NCBI GenBank assembly: GCA_000165345.1
Contig: CM000432.1
Coordinates: 128,001 to 192,000 of the forward strand
Direction: 5' to 3'
DNA length: 64,000 nucleotides
This document shows positions 61,501-64,000 of the stretch, in pieces. A program made the translations under genes and the position numbers. How positions within the stretch are numbered: the first letter of the stretch is position 1; the number at the start of each line of letters is the position of its first letter. The notes under the pieces were generated by a model that did not search any database, had not been told where the DNA came from, and worked only from the letters and a program-made list of their open reading frames with translations.

Positions 61501-64000
61501 ATTGAAAAAAGACCGAATTGAACTCTTAGAAAAGCTTTATGATTCTAGAGATTTGATACCAAAGATTAGCCATTGGATTGTTGGTGGAGATGGCTGGGCT
61601 TACGATATTGGATATGCCGGTCTTGACCATGTTTTATCATTTGGAGAGGATGTAAATATCATAATTTTGGATACTGAGGTATATTCTAATACAGGAGGTC
61701 AAGCTTCTAAGAGTACTCCTTTTGGTGCTATAGCAAAGTTTGCTCAGAGTGGTAATTTGAGACAAAAGAAGGATATCGGATCTATTGCAATGGAATATGG
61801 ATCAGTATATGTTGCATCCGTTGCTTTAGGAGCAAACTACTCACAAACTATCAAATCTTTGCTAGAGGCTGAGAAATACCCAGGAACATCTTTGATTGTA
61901 GCTTATTCAACTTGTATTGAACATGGTTACACTAAATATAATCTCCAACAAGAAAGTGTTAAGCTTGCAGTAGAAAGTGGATACTGGCCTTTGTATCGAT
62001 ATAATCCAGAGCTGGTACGAACCGAAGTTGTGGATAACCTAACAACAATAGTATCTTCTGGGTTTACCTTAGATTCCAAAAAAGTTAAGGTTGATATAGA
62101 GAACTTCCTAAAGAGGGAGAACCGTTTCTTGCAATTAATAAGGAGTAACCCAGAATTGGCTTCAATGGCAAAAGATAAGTTAAAGGCTCATTCAGACAAA
62201 AGGTTCCAGAAGATGAAGGACATGTCTGAGAATGTCACAGTAACAGCTTTGAAAGATCAAATAAAGAAACTTAAGGATCAATTGATTTCCATTCAAAATG
62301 CAAGCAAAACCGGCGAATTAGCTGCAAGTGGTTTAATTAATGCAGATTTATTCATTGAACAAGAAATGCATGTATTATACGGTACCGAAACAGGAAATTC
62401 AGAAGAGGTTGCACAGTATATACAGAGCCAGTTGGTATCAAGAGGATATTCATCCAGCTCATTGAATTTAGATGATTTGGATATTGATGAGTTTTTGAAT
62501 CCAGATAAGTTTTCTACAGTGATAATTGTTACAAGTACTTCAGGACAGGGAGAGTTTCCAGGATCATCAGGAATTTTATACGAGGCTTTGCTTAAGAAAC
62601 ACTTGGAGAATCAGGATGACAAGTTCTGTAGTTTTATGAGATTTGGAATATTTGGTTTAGGTGATTCCAACTACGTTTTCTTCAATGAAGCAGCAAAAAA
62701 ATGGGACAAACTTTTGTTAGATTGTGGAGCAGTTAGAATTGGAGCAGTGGGAATGGGAGATGATCAATCAGAAGAAAAATACGAAACTGAGCTAATTGAA
62801 TGGCTACCAGATTATTTACAATTGATTAATGCTCCAGAACCAAAGCATGATGAGAAGAGTGAGATTCCAAAAGCAACTACTTTTAAAGTGACAATACTGG
62901 ACTCTTGTAGAAATGATATATTAAATGAATCAACTGGTACTTTATGTGAGAAATTGGATGAAAATAATAATATTGGGAATTCACATTATAAGCCAATAAT
63001 TCCTCCAAATTCAGTTTTACTTCCCGTAATAGAAAATAAGAGAATAACAAATCAAGATTATGATAAGGATGTAAGACATATAGTATTTAAATTAATTGGT
63101 GATGGAGGTGATACTCCATCTCTTTCTTATTGTTTGGGAGATAGTTTAGCATTGTATGGTCAAAATCCAGTAAATGAAGCAATTAAAGCTATAGAAATGT
63201 TTGGTTATAATCCGTATAGTTTGCTTAGGTTGAGTATAAATGAAGAAAATGAGGCAAATAATACAAATAAAGTAAATCAGAGATACAGTTCATTATTTGG
63301 ATATGATATAACTGTGTTGCAATTATTTGTGGAATGCTTGGATCTTTGGGGAAAGCCTAATCGCAAGTTTTTCCAGGAATTTTATCGTTATTGTAGTAAC
63401 CCAGAAGAGAAGATTCAAGCAAAGAAGTGGGCACAGAATGAAGGGAAGAAACTAATTGAAGAGTTTTCATCAAAAACTGGGACATATTTGGATGTATTTA
63501 AAATGTTCGAATCAGCAAGACCAACTCTTGCTCAGCTTTTAGATATCGTACCTTTCATAAAGTCGAGATCATATTCAATAGCTTCTTGTAATAAATTTGT
63601 AAATGGAGAAAAAATTGAACTTTGTGTAGGAATAGTGGACTGGAAGCTTGAATCAGGTGAGATTAGGTATGGCCAATGCACAGGTTTCTTAAATAGATTA
63701 CCGATACTAGATTCAGAATCAAAAATAGACAGTATTCCTAGACTTCCTTCAAATATTAAAGCAAGCGCTTTCAACTTACCTTTTGATTATAGATCGCCGG
63801 TTATTATGGCTTGTATGGGCACTGGAATTGCACCTTTTAGAGCCTTTGTTCAGAATAAAAAGTACATTAGAGATGTATTAAAAGAAGAAATTGGACCAGT
63901 AATATTATATTTTGGTTGTAGATATTATGATAATGACTATTTATACCGTGAAGAGCTTGAGAATTATGTAAAGGAAGGGGTTATTACTTCTTTGAATATT
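58505..64000 (+). CDS. PNO: Pyruvate:NADP+ oxidoreductase (PNO): an N-terminal pyruvate:ferredoxin oxidoreductase fused to a C-terminal NADPH-cytochrome-P450-reductase-like module. 5' partial; 1832 codons to the window edge with no stop reached.
   Basis: PFOR hallmarks are present. The N-terminal domain I reads VDGCVAACHIAYACSEVAFTYPITPSS...QSEMGSAG. The 2x[4Fe-4S] ferredoxin domain CTQCNYCSIVCPHAAIRP...CTGCELCVHACP starts at ~60660. The TPP site is GDGWAYDIG...ILDTEVYSNTGGQ at ~61570-61700. From ~62367 a flavodoxin/FMN domain (HVLYGTETGNSEEVAQ...IFGLGDSNY) is followed by FAD (RSYSIAS) and NADPH (MACMGTGIAPFRAF) motifs of the CPR family. This fusion is established for Cryptosporidium and Euglena PNO. 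Confidence 0.9.
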   Translation, partial: MGEKEIVDGCVAACHIAYACSEVAFTYPITPSSTISEVADSWMSRGRRNIFDQVVSVVEMQSEMGSAGALHGSLSVGCSTTTFTASQGLLLMIPNMYKIAGELWPCVFHVTARAIATSSLSIFGDHNDIMAARQTGWAFLGAMTVQEVMDLALVSHVSTFECSVPFVNFFDGFRTSHELQKIDMISYETIKKIFPYEKLKEFRERALNPTHPTLRGTATSSDVYFQLAEARNKYYESTPDIVQSVMDRLAKLIGRSYHLFDYYGHPDAEFLIVVMGSGGLTIEEMIDYLMEKSNEKVGMIKVRLFRPWSIDAFVKKIPKTTKRITVLERCKESGSLGEPLCLDVSTSIMRSELSSNNILVLGGRYGLASKEFTPGMALAVWENMISEKPINNFSVGIDDDVTFKSLFVRQPRLDLLTSETKQCLFWGLGSDGTVSANKNAIKIIGESTDLQVQGYFAYDAKKAGGATMSHLRFGPKPIKSAYLLQRCDYVAVHHPSYVHKFDVLENIKQGGCFVLNCPWSTLEELNHELPSKIKHQIASRDVKFYVIDAQRIAQESNLGRRINNILMVVFFSLTNIIPLDLAIKLVKEAIKKTYGKKGDAVVNSNWKAVDLTLESLIQISYDKSQWISKDKCGEKSLPATAVETGNKDQEITKSTVLKQKPEHDVNQFVKDILGPVNALKGDELPVSMFDPTGTVPLGTTAYEKRGIAMSIPIVDMNKCTQCNYCSIVCPHAAIRPFLLDEAEFKNAPETMHIPKAKGGQEFSSYYYRIQVTPLDCTGCELCVHACPDDALHMEGLQKMEAVEKTHWDYLIGLPNKAEKFDRTTVKGSQFQQPLLEFSAACEGCGETPYVKLLTQLFGERMVIANATGCSSIWGASYPSVPYTKNQKGYGPAWGNSLFEDNAEYGLGMVVGYRQRRDRFRELVSNEILKDITEEEEFLKDDNASVQGRNEIITKYDHLKDYLRSWLKNIRNGEACQSLFEEISKLLEDNLINSNNFAQVLKKDRIELLEKLYDSRDLIPKISHWIVGGDGWAYDIGYAGLDHVLSFGEDVNIIILDTEVYSNTGGQASKSTPFGAIAKFAQSGNLRQKKDIGSIAMEYGSVYVASVALGANYSQTIKSLLEAEKYPGTSLIVAYSTCIEHGYTKYNLQQESVKLAVESGYWPLYRYNPELVRTEVVDNLTTIVSSGFTLDSKKVKVDIENFLKRENRFLQLIRSNPELASMAKDKLKAHSDKRFQKMKDMSENVTVTALKDQIKKLKDQLISIQNASKTGELAASGLINADLFIEQEMHVLYGTETGNSEEVAQYIQSQLVSRGYSSSSLNLDDLDIDEFLNPDKFSTVIIVTSTSGQGEFPGSSGILYEALLKKHLENQDDKFCSFMRFGIFGLGDSNYVFFNEAAKKWDKLLLDCGAVRIGAVGMGDDQSEEKYETELIEWLPDYLQLINAPEPKHDEKSEIPKATTFKVTILDSCRNDILNESTGTLCEKLDENNNIGNSHYKPIIPPNSVLLPVIENKRITNQDYDKDVRHIVFKLIGDGGDTPSLSYCLGDSLALYGQNPVNEAIKAIEMFGYNPYSLLRLSINEENEANNTNKVNQRYSSLFGYDITVLQLFVECLDLWGKPNRKFFQEFYRYCSNPEEKIQAKKWAQNEGKKLIEEFSSKTGTYLDVFKMFESARPTLAQLLDIVPFIKSRSYSIASCNKFVNGEKIELCVGIVDWKLESGEIRYGQCTGFLNRLPILDSESKIDSIPRLPSNIKASAFNLPFDYRSPVIMACMGTGIAPFRAFVQNKKYIRDVLKEEIGPVILYFGCRYYDNDYLYREELENYVKEGVITSLNI

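Overview
This window is AT-rich (~30% GC), gene-dense eukaryotic nuclear DNA with short GTAAGT...AG introns in a few genes. I infer it is apicomplexan and Cryptosporidium-like: it contains a pyruvate:NADP+ oxidoreductase fusion gene (PFOR fused to a cytochrome-P450-reductase-like module), two oocyst-wall-protein (COWP)-like cysteine-repeat genes, two ApiAP2 genes, and TGCATGCA and E2F-like (TTTGGCGCC) upstream motifs. About 22 protein-coding genes are supported. Coordinates below use the first ATG where the ORF track opened at TTG/GTG.

Ordinary genes, in order along the window: the 3' end of a low-complexity protein; an intron-rich COWP-like gene; an Eaf1-like HSA+SANT protein (NuA4 scaffold) with a huge poly-Q tail; a SAP-domain acidic protein; Rpn10; V-ATPase subunit C; two hypothetical proteins; UBC4/5-type E2 with one 412-nt intron; an Enhancer-of-polycomb (Epl1)-like protein; NTF2; an ApiAP2; diphthine-ammonia ligase (DPH6) with a long extension; a mitochondrial IMP-type S26 peptidase; a minimal XPA/Rad14; a 2430-aa FN3-containing type I membrane protein; TAF1; NIP7; a second, intronless COWP-like gene; a second ApiAP2; and the 5' 1832 codons of PNO running off the window end.

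The IMP-type peptidase gene carries an apparent 1-nt deletion inside its conserved box-E motif. No prokaryote-style mobile element, CRISPR array or tRNA was found.

The most interesting observations are: (i) the intron-rich COWP paralogue, whose symmetric phase-1 exons track the Cys-repeat units and which ends in a Tyr/Pro/Gln-rich tail; (ii) the frameshifted IMP gene; (iii) recurrent E2F-like and TGCATGCA promoter motifs, plus a twin CACGTG pair in the AP2/PNO divergent promoter; (iv) unusually long non-coding gaps, at 22.5-24.2 kb and 26.5-28.4 kb, that may hold ncRNAs; and (v) co-location of two NuA4 subunits and TAF1.
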